A DNA stretch of 64,000 bases from Octopus sinensis (Eukaryota). The notes below the pieces were generated by a model. That model had not been told where the DNA came from. It made no database searches and saw nothing but the letters and a program-made list of their open reading frames with translations. Positions 1-12,830 of this stretch are shown piece by piece. A program made the position numbers and the translations under genes. The stretch covers positions 1 to 64,000 of the forward strand of contig NW_021836141.1 in NCBI RefSeq assembly GCF_006345805.1, given 5' to 3'. Position 1 is the stretch's first letter. Each line of letters begins with the position of its first letter.

Positions 1-237
1 TTTCCCAACTGGACAGGATGCTGGTCTGTCACAGGCGAGCTGCTAGATGCAGGGGGAAAGAGTAAGAGAAAGTTGTGGCATAAGAGTCAGCAGAAGTTCG
101 CCATTACCTTCTGCTGGAGCCGCATGGAGCTTAGGTGTTTTGCTCATAAACACACACATTACCCAGCCTGATATTTGAACCCAAGATCCCTCAACCATGA
201 GTCTGCTGCTCTAACCACTAGGCCATGTGTCTCCACT
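1..237 (-). mobile_element. tRNA-derived SINE (head at the 237 end), runs off the window start
   Basis: Minus strand reads gtggagacacatggcctagtggttagagcagcagactc...gggttcaaatatc (A/B-box-like), then atgagcaaaacacctaag. Confidence 0.65.
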
Positions 238-1064
238 AGTACTTATTTGCTTGGTATTTATTACATTGATCTATACGTATTGAATGTTTAAATTACCTTA
301 CACTGGTTTTTTAACTGAAGGTGTTGTATTGAACAGGTAAGCATAAATGAGGACACGCACACATACACAACATGTTTCTGCGCTTTCTCTGTCTATCAAT
401 GTCCACTCCCAAGGTACTAGTCAATGTAAGCAAACAGTAGAAAACGTTTACTCAATACGTCACACAGTGGGATCAAACCTATAGCATCATTGTTTTAAAG
501 AGAACTGCTTAACTCTGAATTGCAGGGTAAATCTGGTGTTTATTTGGTTTGCAAAATTCTTGATGGGAACTCGTGTATTTAAACTGATTTTGTTGTACCT
601 CAGGAGGGTCATTATGCCAATGATAAACAAAGAGTCTTGAATCAAGCCTGGAGAAGGGAGGGCATGTTATTGATGAGGTCATAAATCATAGTAAACGAAC
701 TTTGACAAAATTAACTGATTGATTAATCAACCAAACAATTAATAAAAAAAAATCAATTATTTAATTGATTAAATAGTTAACTAGTTGACTAATAATTATG
801 AAAGAAGTGAAAGAGAACTCATGCATTTGTTTATTTCAGGTAAAAGGACCCTCCCAAAATACAACAAAATAGAGTAAATTATTCATCCAGTGATGGTCAT
901 CTGAACATATTGTAATGAGGAAAGAATTACAACAATACCAATTCAAATACAAAAATAACCCATTTGAATAGATAATACTATTATTGTACTTATGATTATT
1001 GTAATTAATAAGAATGAATATTAATTTCAGAAAAATATTGGTTTCAAATTGTGGCATAAGGCCA

Positions 1065-1250
1065 GTAGATTTGGGGGAGGGGCAAAATCGATTGCATCAA
1101 CCCCAATGTTCAGCTGGTACGTATTTGATCGACCCTGAAAGGATAAGTAAAGCTAACCTCAGTAGAATTTGAACTCAGAGCCTGAAGTCAGATGAAATGC
1201 CACTAAGCTTTTTGCCTGGCATGCAGACAGTTCTGCCAGCATGCTGCCAT
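1065..1250 (-). mobile_element. tRNA-derived SINE, family B (degenerate)
   Basis: Matches the better copy at 8008-8231 (ctggcagaa...ctgagttcaaattc...cctttcagggtcgatcaaata..taccag). Confidence 0.7.
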
Positions 1251-1410
1251 ATTTTAGATAAATATTAATATATTTCAATGCAAATGTTAGTTGCACTTAG
1301 TACCAATAACGAAATTAGTTAAACAGAATTTCTTATTGCTTCTATCAATTTTAAAGAAACGTTTCTTTTATACAGCTACTGTGTTCTATAGCTACTGTTT
1401 TACATAGGTA

Positions 1411-2150
1411 CTAGCAGCTAAGCCCGGTTTCACCTGGTCTATTTGGATGATGTGGCTGTGATCCTTTTCGGTTAGGCATAATCTATAACAGCGTTTGTCA
1501 ACCTTATCATTTTGGGTCCCCTGTTTCGATTGGAGCCTCCAACTATATGAAAATTTCCTGACCCCACCCCGTCAGAAAACAGCTTCTGAGCAACTGGTTG
1601 TTTTTATGGCAGAAGAAAGAGGGAAATTCCATTAGAAAATTTTTAATTGATTTTCTAGGTAAGTATGGAGGTTAGGGAACAAAAATACAAACTGCATTCC
1701 AATCTATGTATCTGTCACCACATGTGTGCCATTTTTCATGCAAATCCACCCAGCCATTTGGCTGTGAACCTCAAGACAAGAAAGAATACAACGATCGCCC
1801 ATGTCCAATTTATATTATAGATTATTTTATATTTGTCAACTATCAGTGTTTTCGTAATCAATTTGAAAAAATCCATTGCACAGGTGATTAGCCCATTCAA
1901 CTTCACCAGAGCCTCATTGGCCAGCTTTACCTGTTTCCATCTCTCACAACAAGGACGAGGAGTTGGGCTTTGAGGGATAGAGTAGGCTTAAGAACTCGTG
2001 GCGTAGATCAACACAAAAGGATCTAGAGAAAGGGGGACATTCATGGCAGAGTATAAGTACAGAAGCGAAAAATTATGCGACATGGAATTCAATTATAAGT
2101 GGCCTATACTCCGCATTGGAGCGCTAAAGGCAGAAAAAAGAAGAAAAAAA
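1411..2150 (-). mobile_element. Helitron-like non-autonomous element; right boundary approximate
   Basis: Minus strand ends in a GC hairpin cc(a)ggtgaaaccggg followed by cttagctgCTAG|T at 1411. It interrupts a degenerate tatagctactgttt minisatellite seen at 1365-1408 and 2150-2290. Confidence 0.5.
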
Positions 2151-2898
2151 TTATTTTATATAGCTACTATTTTATACACCTACTGTATTCTATAGTTACT
2201 GTTTTATACAGCTACTTTTACATAGTGACTGTTTTATACAGCTTATGTCTGTTCTAGCTACTGTCTTTTAAAGCTACTCTTTTACATCGCTATTCAACTT
2301 GAGCAGACTCCATATTTTACATTATTTGATTAAAGGAATTAAGATTAATGCGATCATTTAAGACCACAATAAGACTCTTATTGCAAGTTTTAATCGTATT
2401 AATTTTGTCATATAGCAAGTAGTCCAGCTATTTTAATCTTCTCCTGTTCAGTAAAAATCTACACTGTTTTTCAGAGTTACGCTATTAGTTATAAACAGAC
2501 AGGAACCACCAGACACTATGTAAATTATGAATGAAAGCTTAACCACCATTTGTGAGTATAATCTAATAGCTTACTTCCATGCTATTGTTAATTGTTTTAT
2601 TTCGTTTTTTTGAAATTGTTTTAGATATTTATGTAATTACAAACAGATATAGACACCTTCTCAGCCCACGTATCCTTTACCCAGTGTAAAACAGAGGATG
2701 TGACATCTGAAGAGAGAAAGGGTAGTGCTTATTTATAGCTTCGTAGATTAGAGAAACAGAAAATGAAGTGTGTTGCTCAAGTATGTATGGCACTCAGCTC
2801 AACAAATGTACAACCTTATGACTGAGTCAAACACACTGACCAATAGTCCATGCATCCTTACATGCGGATTATAAAGAACTATAAAGAAAAAATATATA

Positions 2899-3067
2899 GG
2901 CCCAGGAGTGGCTGTGTGGTAAGTAACTTGCTTACCAACTACATGGTTCTGGGTTCAGTCCCACTGCGCGGCACCTTGGGCAAGTGTCTTCTACTATAGC
3001 CTTGGGTCGACCAAAGCCTTGTGAGTGGATTTGGTAGACGGAAACTGAAAGAAGCCCGTCGTATATA

Positions 3068-3105
<38 letters not shown>

Positions 3106-3297
3106 TGTGTTTGTCCCCCCAACATCGCTTGACAACTGGTGCTGGTGTGTTTTTGTCCCTGTAACTTAGCAGTTTGGCAAAAGAGACTGATAGAATAAGT
3201 ACTAGGCTTCTGAAGAATAAGTACTGGGGTCGATTTGCTCAACTAAAGGCAGTGCTCCAGAATGGCCGCAGTCAAATGACTGAAACAAGTAAAAGAG
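2899..3297 (+). mobile_element. tRNA-derived SINE, family A (bipartite, with central TA/TG microsatellite)
   Basis: A box tggctgtgtgg, B box ggttcagtccc, ggcaccttgggcaagtgtct, (TG)n, 3' half ending gactgaaacaagtaaaagag; many near-identical copies in the window. Confidence 0.9.
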
Positions 3298-3529
3298 CCC
3301 GTATGTATGTCTTCTGTCTTTTACTTGTTCCAGACTGTGGCCATGCTGGAGCACCATCTTTAAAGATTTAGTTGAACAAATCGACCCCAGTACTTATTTT
3401 TATCTTTGGTAATTATTCTTGAGCTCTCATTAAGCTGAAATACCAAGTTACCAGGATGTTATCAAACCAACACCTCATATAAAGTGGTGGTTGGGAAAAC
3501 AAAAAGATCCACAAAGATACTCATGTATA

Positions 3530-3589
<60 letters not shown>

Positions 3590-3593
<4 letters not shown>

Positions 3594-3770
3594 GATCGTT
3601 GGTGATTTTTTAGCTCCATCTTCCTTTTCTCTTGGACTTTCCTCTGTTTCCTGTTTCTGAAGAAGAGCTTTGCTCTAAACGTAAAACTACCTTTCTATCC
3701 TTCCCTGAGCGTTTGCTAATACTTTGCATGTACCATGTCCTCACGTTGTTGTTATTGTTTCTTGTGTTTT
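3590..3770 (+). mobile_element. Penelope-like pLTR remnant with a degenerate minimal hammerhead motif
   Basis: gtttCTGAAGA-a-gagc-ttt-gctc-TAAA-cg-TA-aaac at 3653-3687; the GAAA core reads TAAA. Confidence 0.4.
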
Positions 3771-3824
3771 TTCTTTAGGATTTTTTTCTTTGATTAATTA
3801 TATATATATAAATATATTTGAAAG

Positions 3825-5245
3825 AATGAGTAGAGATGGCTTTTACTCCGAGCGAGATGCCGTTTGTCACCAGCAGAGGTAAGAGCTCTCTGAACTTTAC
3901 CCAGGCTATTCTTACTCTAGCAGTTACATTTTTAGCACACCCACCCCTGCTACTGACTTGGTCACCTAGGTAACGGAAGCTATCAACTACTTCTAGTTTT
4001 TTCCCCCGGAAAGTGACGAAAGTTGTTTTCTGCAGATTTTCAGTGTTTATTGCTCCTGAGCATCTGCCACATACAAAAACTATCTTCCCAGTTAGCCTTC
4101 CTTTGACATTGCTGCACCTCTTATGTGTCCATAGCTTACGCAGAGCCATCTACCTGAAGGTATTTGTGGTTTGTCTACCTTCCTACTTATTAGTACTTTG
4201 GTTTTAGCTAGGTTGACTCTAAGGCCCTTCGATTCTAATCCTTGCTTCCACACCTGAAACTTCTCCTCCAGTTCTGATAGTGACTCAGCAATTAGAGCAA
4301 GACCGTCAGCATAGATGAGCTACCGGGGGCATCCCGTCTTGAATTCCTCTGTTATTGCCTGGAGAACTATGATAAATAGGAGAGGGCTGAGGACTGAACC
4401 TTGGTGGACTCCTACCTCTACCCGGAATTCTTCACTGTACTTGTTGCCAACCCTCACCTTACTAACAGCACCCCTGTACATGGCTCGCACGGCTCTCACT
4501 AACCATTCATCTATTCCTAGTTTCCTCATTGACCACCAGATAAGGGATCGGGGAACCCTGTCAAAGGCTTTCTCCATGTCAACAAAAGCCAGGTACAGAG
4601 GTTTATCTTTGGCGAGGTATTTCTCCTGCAGCTGTCTTACCAGGAATATAGCATCAGTGGTGCTTTTTCCTGGCACGAACACAAACTGCATTTGATCTAA
4701 ACTGACTCTCTCTCTCTAATTAATTGGGCTATGACCCTCTCCGTGACCTTCATTACTTGATCCAGCAACTTGATACCTCTGTAATTATTTGTATCTAAGG
4801 CGTCACCTTTACCTTTGTGGCAGTTGACTATTATACTGCTACACCAGTCATTGGGTATGACTCCTTCGTGTATCACCTGGTTAACTATGCGGGTGACTAG
4901 GCTATAACCGACACTGCCAGATATTTTGAGCATATCTGCAGTAATTCCTGATTGGCCTGGGGCTTTCCCTGTTTTCATGATACTAATTGCCTTGACTACC
5001 AAGGAACTGTCAACTCGGATAGCTTGTGCCTCTGTTGAGTCGACATTCGGCAGACTCTCTTTATCCCATTCAGCTAGGTGACTAGGTGACGGGCGGATTT
5101 CCTGAAGTTGGTATTGCAAACCATAAGATCATTTGCATCGCAGAACTCCAGCAGTCTGGTTCCCTCCTCATTGCGGGAACCAAAACCATAGCCTCCATGT
5201 ATGCCATGGAAGCCCCCTGCACGTGTTCTTTGCCTGTGTTCTTTG

Positions 5246-5247
<2 letters not shown>
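3825..5247 (-). pseudogene. RTE-clade LINE fragment with internal deletions (APE remnant plus RT)
   Basis: Peptides GSRNEEGTRLLEFC, KAPGQSGITADML, FVDMEKAFDRVPR, GVHQGSVLSPLLF, VDSFRYLGDQV; nearly identical to the 30773-33882 copy, with ~0.7 kb missing at ~5075. Confidence 0.92.
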
Positions 5248-5288
<41 letters not shown>

Positions 5289-5307
5289 AATATATATATA
5301 TATATAC

Positions 5308-5347
<40 letters not shown>

Positions 5348-5349
5348 AT

Positions 5350-5392
<43 letters not shown>

Positions 5393-5393
<1 letters not shown>

Positions 5394-6128
5394 TAGTGTA
5401 ACTACCTGAGAGAAATGTTGGACATAAGAAGCATCGGATGTGGCGTGCAGGAGAGACGTTTGCATTGGTATGGTCATGTACTATAGAAGGATGAGAAGAG
5501 ATGTGTGAAGAAGTGACACTCCCAAACTGTTGAAGGAATCCACGGTAGAGGTAGACCCAGGAAAACATGGGATGAGGTGGTTAAGCATGACCTTCATACG
5601 TTGGGCCTCACCGAGATATCTGGAGATATGCTGTGACTGCAAAGACCCGACAAATGAAGTGAGTTCATGGCTCACAGGACAGCCTGCTGCGCTAATCTTG
5701 GATCGTAGAGTGACCTTTTGTGCTTGAGGAGACCTATTGAGTCAAGTACGTCAACACCAACATCAAAATAAAAATCAAATGGAAATTGTAGTTATGATAC
5801 CCGTGTCTGTGGCATGTAAAAAGCACCATCCGAACATAGCTGATGCCAGCGCCGTCTGACTGGCGTCCATGTTGGTGACATGTAAAAAGTACAACCGATT
5901 GTTGCCGTTTGCCAGCCCCCTCTGACCCCTGTGCTGGTGACACGTAAAAAGCACCCACTACACTCACGGAGTGGTTGGTGTTAGGAAGGGCATCCAGCCG
6001 TAGAAACACTGCCAGATCAGACTGGAGCTTGGCGCAGCCTCCTGGCTTCCCAGACCCCGGTCGAACCGTCCAACACATGCTAGCATGGAAAACAGACGTT
6101 AAACGATGATGATGATGATGATGATGAT
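5393..6128 (+). mobile_element. 5'-truncated RTE LINE 3' end (ORF C-terminus, 3' UTR, (GAT)n tail)
   Basis: Encodes REMLDIRS..QERR..WYGHV..GRGRPRKTWDEVVKHDL; then gtggcatgtaaaaagcacc subrepeats and catggaaaacagacgttaaacgatgatgat; closer to the 41810-43905 subfamily. Confidence 0.88.
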
Positions 6129-6140
6129 GTTTATATGAAT

Positions 6141-6175
<35 letters not shown>

Positions 6176-7091
6176 ATATATAATATATATATATATATAT
6201 ATAATTATTATTTGAGGGAATAAAATCCAAACTTACAAGGAAAAAATTCAATTTAGAAATACTAAATCCAATTTCACACAATATAATATATATATATATA
6301 AAATTAGAAAAAAACACCTTTTATCAATTCAAAATGAACAATTAAATTACACCATCTATAAAATTACATATAATAGAAAAGTTAAAATTAAAATAACAAT
6401 AAAATGTAAAGATTAAGTAAATTGCAAAAATAATAATAAAAACGTATATAATAGATTTAATTGTTATAAAAGATTTTACGTTTTACATATTATTTAATTT
6501 GAGAATTAATATTGTTAGACTATATTTCTTTTAATAATTAAATAATATTTTCATCAAATAGTATTACTTTTTAATAAACTAGTTTTTATTTTAATATAAA
6601 GTTTATGTTTAACTTTTTATCGTGTGATATATTAAATCTATAGATATTATACTTGGATATTAATATAACGAGTTTATATAATTGATTTGAGTATATTTGT
6701 ACTATTTCAAATTTTTGATTGTATTTTTCATGAATGGAATCGATTGAGTATATTAATTAGACGCTTATAATATTGATACATTTAAAATCTAGAGAGATTA
6801 ACAGATTCGTTGAACTTAGTAATTTAGTTTGCTTATCAATATTAGTAACTATTATTTTGATTTTGATCGTTGTTTTATTGTTATTGTTATTGACTGGTTT
6901 GGTAGAGGACTGGTGATTGTGATTGTACATCTTCATAGTGTATTGTTCTTTGGTTCTAATATTTTTGCACCTTTCTTTAATTTGGGGTTGATAGGTTTTC
7001 TTACTTTCCATTAACATCTTATTCTCGCTATTATATATTTTATACATTTTTATATATATTGATAGATATTACTTACGATAGATATTAATTA

Positions 7092-7127
<36 letters not shown>

Positions 7128-7158
7128 ATTTAATATATTATATTATATTATATTATAT

Positions 7159-7367
7159 CTGTCTGGCACCTGTGCGGGTGGCACGTAAAAAGCACCCACT
7201 ACACTCACGGAGTGGTTGGCGTTAGGAAGGGCATCCAGCCGTAGAAACACTGCCAGATTTGACTGGGCCTGATGAAACCTTCTGTCTTCACAGACCCCAG
7301 TAGAACCGTCCAACCCATGCTAGCATGGAAAACGGACACTAAACGGTGATGATGATGATGATGAGGA
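7159..7367 (+). mobile_element. RTE 3' tail fragment nested in the Penelope-like element
   Basis: gtggcacgtaaaaagcacccactacactcacggagtggttggcgttaggaagggcatccagcc...ccaacccatgctagcatgg...gatgatgat. Confidence 0.88.
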
Positions 7368-7719
7368 TATAGGTGGCTTAGGTATTTGTAATACTAAATT
7401 TAAGTTAATTAGGTATTATATTATTTGATATTTAGTCAACTTTGTTATAGATTGTTATATTAAATCTATAGATACTACACATATATATTCATTATATGGT
7501 TAGTTTATTTAAGGAGTTTTTCAATATTTGAAACATTTATTTTGATTACAATTTAATGACTTGTACTAGCTTTGTGTATTTTATTTAATTTTAAAGTACT
7601 TGATTATTTAAGTATCATTTTATGTTTCACTTATGTATATTTAGGATTTTCATATACATATATATATTTATATCAAAGTATATTTATTAATTAATTATTT
7701 TATTGTTCTATTTTATTTT

Positions 7720-7807
7720 AACCTGATGAGCAACTATATTTATATCGAAGTGATTTCTCTACTACTATAATCATTTCGTTAAATATAGCCGCGAAACAGG
7801 TGTTGTT
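7720..7807 (+). ncRNA. Type I hammerhead ribozyme motif with a long stem II
   Basis: aac-CTGATGA-gc..ctatattta..cgaagtgatt / aatcatttcg..taaatatag..gc-GAAA-ca-gg-tg-T-T-gtt; core nucleotides intact, stem I only 3 bp. Confidence 0.55.
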
Positions 7808-7969
7808 TTTCTACCTATTATATACGTTTTTATTATTATTTTTGCAACTTACTTAATCTTTACATTTTATTGTTATTTAATTTTAACTTTTCTATCATAT
7901 GTAATTTTATAGATGGTGTAATTTAATTGTTCATTTTGAATTGATAAAAGGTGGTTTTGTTTCTAATTT

Positions 7970-8001
<32 letters not shown>

Positions 8002-8007
8002 TATATT

Positions 8008-8231
8008 TTTATTGTCCACAAGGGACTAAACATAGAGGGGACAAATAAGGACAGACAAAAGGATTAAGTCGATTACATCGACCCCAGTGTGAAACTGGTA
8101 CTTTATTATCGACCCCAAAAAGGATGAAAGGCAAAGTCGACCTCGGCGGAATTTGAACTCAGAACGTAACGACAGACGAAATACCGGTAAGCATTTGCCC
8201 GACATGCTAATGTGTCTGCCAGCTCGCCGCC
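8008..8231 (-). mobile_element. tRNA-derived SINE, family B
   Basis: Minus strand: ggcggcgagctggcaga...gttctgagttcaaattccgccgaggtcgactttgcctttcatcctttttggggtcgataataaagtaccag...; the central segment resembles the Meta-SINE domain as I recall it (not verified). Confidence 0.85.
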
Positions 8232-8263
8232 TTCGTATATATACAAATATATACATATATATA

Positions 8264-8356
<93 letters not shown>

Positions 8357-8378
8357 CATATATATATATATATTTATA

Positions 8379-8439
<61 letters not shown>

Positions 8440-8454
8440 TATATATATATATAA

Positions 8455-8833
8455 CTTAGAAAGGTTTTGGCCAGTATTGGCCCAGGCCACGTCTAACTTA
8501 ATAGCACCACCTGGCGAAGTCTTTCAATTCAGGATTTGGGCATCAAGGCCCATTCAAGCAGAGCGTTATGTTGCGGAGACATATCCGGGGTGTGGGTGGT
8601 TTGTCCGGGACTGTTTGAAGGAATTTGTCCAAAGACTTCTTGAATTTGTGTCGTCAGTTTCTTTTTGACGTGTCCTGGTGTTTTCTTGAAGAGAGCGGGT
8701 CCAATTGAGGTGAAATAGTTGTGCCGTATTGTCGTTATGTGATGCGATTCAGATTTTTGTTGTGGACGGATGGCACATGGTCCAAGCCTTGGATGTATTT
8801 TGAAGGTGATGCCAACATCATTCAGACAGTGCG

Positions 8834-8836
<3 letters not shown>
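8455..8836 (-). pseudogene. CR1-clade LINE 3' fragment
   Basis: Minus translation HCLNDVGITFKIHPRLGP...TIRHNYFTSIGPALF..., then FKKSLDKFLQTVPDKPPTPGY after a frameshift. Confidence 0.75.
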
Positions 8837-8869
<33 letters not shown>

Positions 8870-8873
<4 letters not shown>

Positions 8874-9570
8874 TGTTCACTGTTCCTCCGATGAATTTTA
8901 AAGTCGATACCTATATCATTTGGGCAATGTTGATGGAATATTTTCCACATAAAACAAAAGATATAGTGCTCATGGCAGCATTGGAGGGAGTAAAGCCTGA
9001 GCTTTTTGTGTTGATCTCTATAGTCAAAGCTTGTCATGTCATCTATTTGTTTTTTGCGATAGATCTTTGAGGAGCTTCAATTTTCATAATATTTCGTATC
9101 ATGTGGGATGGTGAGGGGGGACCACAGCGGACAAAAGTATTGAAGGTGAGGGCGAGCAAAAGTAGGGAAAAGTAGAATAATGGTAGGGACATCTCTAGAC
9201 TGGAAAGCCCTGAGAATCCAGGAGCACATCATGCAAACCATGTCAGCTTTGCTGTTTATGTAAGCACACCAGCTTATTTTGTTGTCAACAGTAACACCCA
9301 GGTCTCTAGCAGTGCTGGATGCCATGAGGGTTTCACCTGAAGGAAGAGTGTATGGTTGTTGGAATGCAGTCACTTTACCAAAGTGGATTAGGTAGAATTT
9401 TTCCTCGTCTAGTTGCATATTATGTTTCTCCATCCATTGGATAATAACTAACAGATCAGATTGAAGATTTGCATGCTTCTGTGTTTGATGACGTCAGTGA
9501 TGTCTTTAATATAAATTATGAAAAGCAGCAGACCCAATACAGTGCCTTGTGGGACTCTGAAACATGATCC
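8870..9570 (-). pseudogene. CR1-clade LINE RT fragment
   Basis: VPQGTVLGLLLFIIYIKDI, RDLGVTVDNKISW, ARPHLQYFCPLWSP, KKLRLYSLQ. Confidence 0.85.
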
Positions 9571-11725
9571 TGAAACATGCTTGTCTCTAGATGCAGGCCT
9601 GGCTGCTGGGGGTGTTTGTCTCCCCTTCGTAAATGTATATAAGGACACAGGAAAAATGTGTCGAAGCCATCAGGAAGCGTCGATGCTTCCTAGTGCTAAA
9701 CAGTGGTGGTGTAACCCCCTACTGTCACGTTCACGTTAGATTGACAGTATACAACCATTCTATGCAAATATTCTATAATTAAAACATAATTATAATCAGG
9801 GGGCAGCTAATTGCTTCGCCAGGCACAGAACTTAGAAATAGGAGTTAAAATGCCTTTTCTACTACCATAAAGGTCTCCCAGACAGTAACGTAGGCAAAAA
9901 GAAAAAATAACCAATCCACATGGCTAGAGTATTTTATGTATGTATGTATGTATGTATGTATGCATGCGTGTATGTATGTATATATTTATAAAAGTATATA
10001 TTTATATATACGTGTGAATGTGTGTATGTATTTATGTGTATGGGTGTATGTATATATGTATGAAGAAGAAATGATAAACACAAGTATATTATTTGTTCCT
10101 ATGTACGTATACGTTTGCTTGGAACACTTCATTGGATGTTCCAAGTGCAATTGGATGCTTAGCCAGGACAGACCTTTAAAGAATATTTAATTGCATTATG
10201 TTACAGAGAATTAAAGTCTAGAGTTGGGTAGTTTGTGCAGCCTTTTATAAGTATTTTGAGAGGAAAGTATAAAGAAAGCAACTGGAAAAGACCAATAAAG
10301 AATTACAACGAAGAAGCAATGGGAAGAGAAAGAAAAGAGAAAGAAAAGACAAAATAGGGAATAAAGAGAGAGAAAAACAGAGAAAGAAAACGGAAGAAAG
10401 AGGTAAAAGACAAGATTGTAATTAAATAAAGCAAGAAAGGGAAAAAACTAAGTTGAATAACCATAAAAGAGATAAACAACAAATATTTAAACAACATAAA
10501 AAAGTAAGTAAAAATATATGAATAGACACCAGAGATAAAAAGGAAGAGAGAAAGATAAGAATGCATTGTGAAACAGGGAGCATATGAGAGAGGGAGACGG
10601 AAGTAAGAGATTATAAAAACAAGAGGGAGTGTTGTGAAATTGTGAGTCAGTTAATAATATATTGATTGAAACTAAAAGAGGTTGAGAAATGGATATAAGC
10701 ACAAACATGTGCATAGATATATGTAGGTCATGATTTTTTTACACAGAATAGGTGTCCAATGGTCATTTTCTATATTTCAAAAGGACTAATTCTAAACACA
10801 CACAAAACGCTTTTCAGTACTAAACTATGGATTCATACATCAAACACATGACCACATGCAGGTGTGCATATATATATAAAGATACACACACACATATATA
10901 TACACACATACACACACACATACAACTGTCTCTTGCTCTCTCTCTCTCTCTTTCTACATATATATATATACACACATATATATATATACCTTCTCTTACC
11001 TTATTATTATTATTATTAACTTCTTATAATCATCAATAATAATGACCTTTTTGACTGGTAATACTCTAAATGTATATATTTGTCACTACCTGTCATAAAT
11101 AGCCTTTTTTATATCTGCAATATGCATTTTCGTTGATTTTTCATTTTTTACCCTTACATTTCCATGTGTATTTTTTTTTTTTTCAAAACATATTTCCACT
11201 ATATATATATATATATACAAAGCCATACATACATATATATTCTTTTTTATTCTTTTTTTTTCTTTTTATTTGTTTCAGTCATTTGACTGCGACCAAGCTG
11301 GAGCACCACCTTTAGTCAAACAAATCGCCCCCATGACTTATTCTCTTAAGATCAATGAATATTATAAATAATATCTAACAATATCCTATGGATGTGAGAA
11401 TGTAGTCATGAACAAACCTGTGTTATGCAGAAACATATGTAGCAATACCTTAATGAAATATAAATATTTCCATCCAATAATTTTTTCATTATTATTATAT
11501 TTATCTTCTGTCATAGTGAGGGCCACATACATAACCATACCATAGAATTACTCTGGAAGATGGGAATAATAAGCAGTAGCCAGTCACAAGTAGCATAGGA
11601 GCTTTTATGAGCACACTTGGAGGCATTTGCCATAAATTAAAAGTTTGTGTGTGTGTTGTGTGTACATATGCATGTATGTATAAATTATTTGAGAAGCCCA
11701 TTGAGTATATCTATCTATCTATCTA

Positions 11726-11759
<34 letters not shown>

Positions 11760-11769
11760 ATATATATAT

Positions 11770-12006
11770 AAGTAAATAAATGGAGTTGAATGCAGATGTT
11801 ATTAAAATTCTTTTACTTTCGACATATGTTTCGAAGACAACATTAGTTTTATTTACTTATACTACACAAATTACTGCACATTAACCCGGAGTTTCTACCA
11901 TTGAATAGGTGGCTTCATCCGTGTTACTTGCGTGAATTTTGCTACCCTGGTAACTGTTTACTGAATTTTCCATGTTAACGGTAAACAAAGGATAATTCAT
12001 TCATCC

Positions 12007-12010
<4 letters not shown>
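11770..12010 (-). mobile_element. Possible Penelope-like remnant in a TA microsatellite, with degenerate hammerhead-like half motifs
   Basis: Minus strand: caCGGATGAagccacc..ggtaGAAActccgggtt (11875-11926) and ttcGAAAcatatgTC (~11820-11835). Confidence 0.3.
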
Positions 12011-12037
<27 letters not shown>

Positions 12038-12147
12038 GGTGCAGTCCGACAGTGTGGCACCCTGGGCAAGAGTCTTGCACTATAGCCTTGGGCCAACCAA
12101 AGCCTTGTGAGTGAATTTGGTAGATGGTAATTGGAAGAAGCTTGTCG

Positions 12148-12228
<81 letters not shown>

Positions 12229-12529
12229 ACACACAGATATATATATGAATGTATGTATATATGCACATCCATGAGAATGTATATATATGAACATCTCTCC
12301 TAGTCTTCATATCTAATGCTAATTGCAAATAACATCACTGTCAGTTAAGCAGTCATACAAACTTCTGTGAAAAATTGTCTTGCCTTTGAGGTTCTTTTGT
12401 TTTACTTAGGAATTTGGAGGAAATTGCTTTTTGCTTGGAAATAAATGAGGGAGAGCAACTGGCCACGGAAAATCTGCCTCGACAGATTTTATCTGGCTCA
12501 TACAAGCATGGCACAATTAATGCCAAAAC

Positions 12530-12540
12530 AATGACAGTGG

Positions 12541-12576
<36 letters not shown>

Positions 12577-12830
12577 TGGTGGTGGTGGTAGTGTTGATGA
12601 TGATGTTGCTGATGATGATAATGATGATGATGATAATGATGAGGATGAGGATGATGATGATGATGGTGGTGGTGGTAGTGGTGGTGATGGTGGTGTCGAT
12701 GATGATGTTGATGATGTTGATGATAATGATAATGATGATGGTGATGATGCTGGGCAATGATGATGATGGTGGTGGTGGTGGTGGTGGCGGTTGTGATGAT
12801 GATGAGGATGCTGCCACCGATGATGATTCC
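12530..12830. repeat. Compound (GAT)n/(GGT)n microsatellite
   Basis: Direct reading; source of the poly-M/V/H/P ORFs. Confidence 0.95.

Larger units (their letters stand above)
6301..7970. mobile_element. Penelope-like element remnant bounded by ~155-bp inverted repeats
   Basis: 6301-6454 is the reverse complement of 7815-7970 with few mismatches; a hammerhead motif lies just inside the right arm; very AT-rich; TA microsatellite flanks. Confidence 0.6.

Noticed and set aside
838-960. Plus-strand acceptor tttgtttatttcag| as a host exon
   Set aside because: All three phases hit stop codons within about 13 codons and no donor was found.
1706-1891. 61-aa ORF with a superficial Helitron Rep-like YIID motif
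   Set aside because: Wrong strand relative to the Helitron-like terminus and too weak to support.
2899-2975. tRNA genes at SINE heads
   Set aside because: A/B boxes are present but there is no complete cloverleaf, and each continues into a SINE body.
3825-6128. Twin-priming 5' inversion of one RTE copy (minus 5' part plus plus-strand 3' part)
   Set aside because: The minus fragment matches the 30773-33882 subfamily while the plus fragment matches the 41810-43905 subfamily, and a long (TA)n separates them; two insertions are more likely.
7265-7285. CTGATGAAAC hammerhead-like motif
   Set aside because: A mutated position within the RTE tail (consensus ggagcctggtgcagcc); no stems.
10300-10720. 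F/L/S-rich membrane-like ORFs
   Set aside because: Antisense translation of a purine-rich low-complexity tract.
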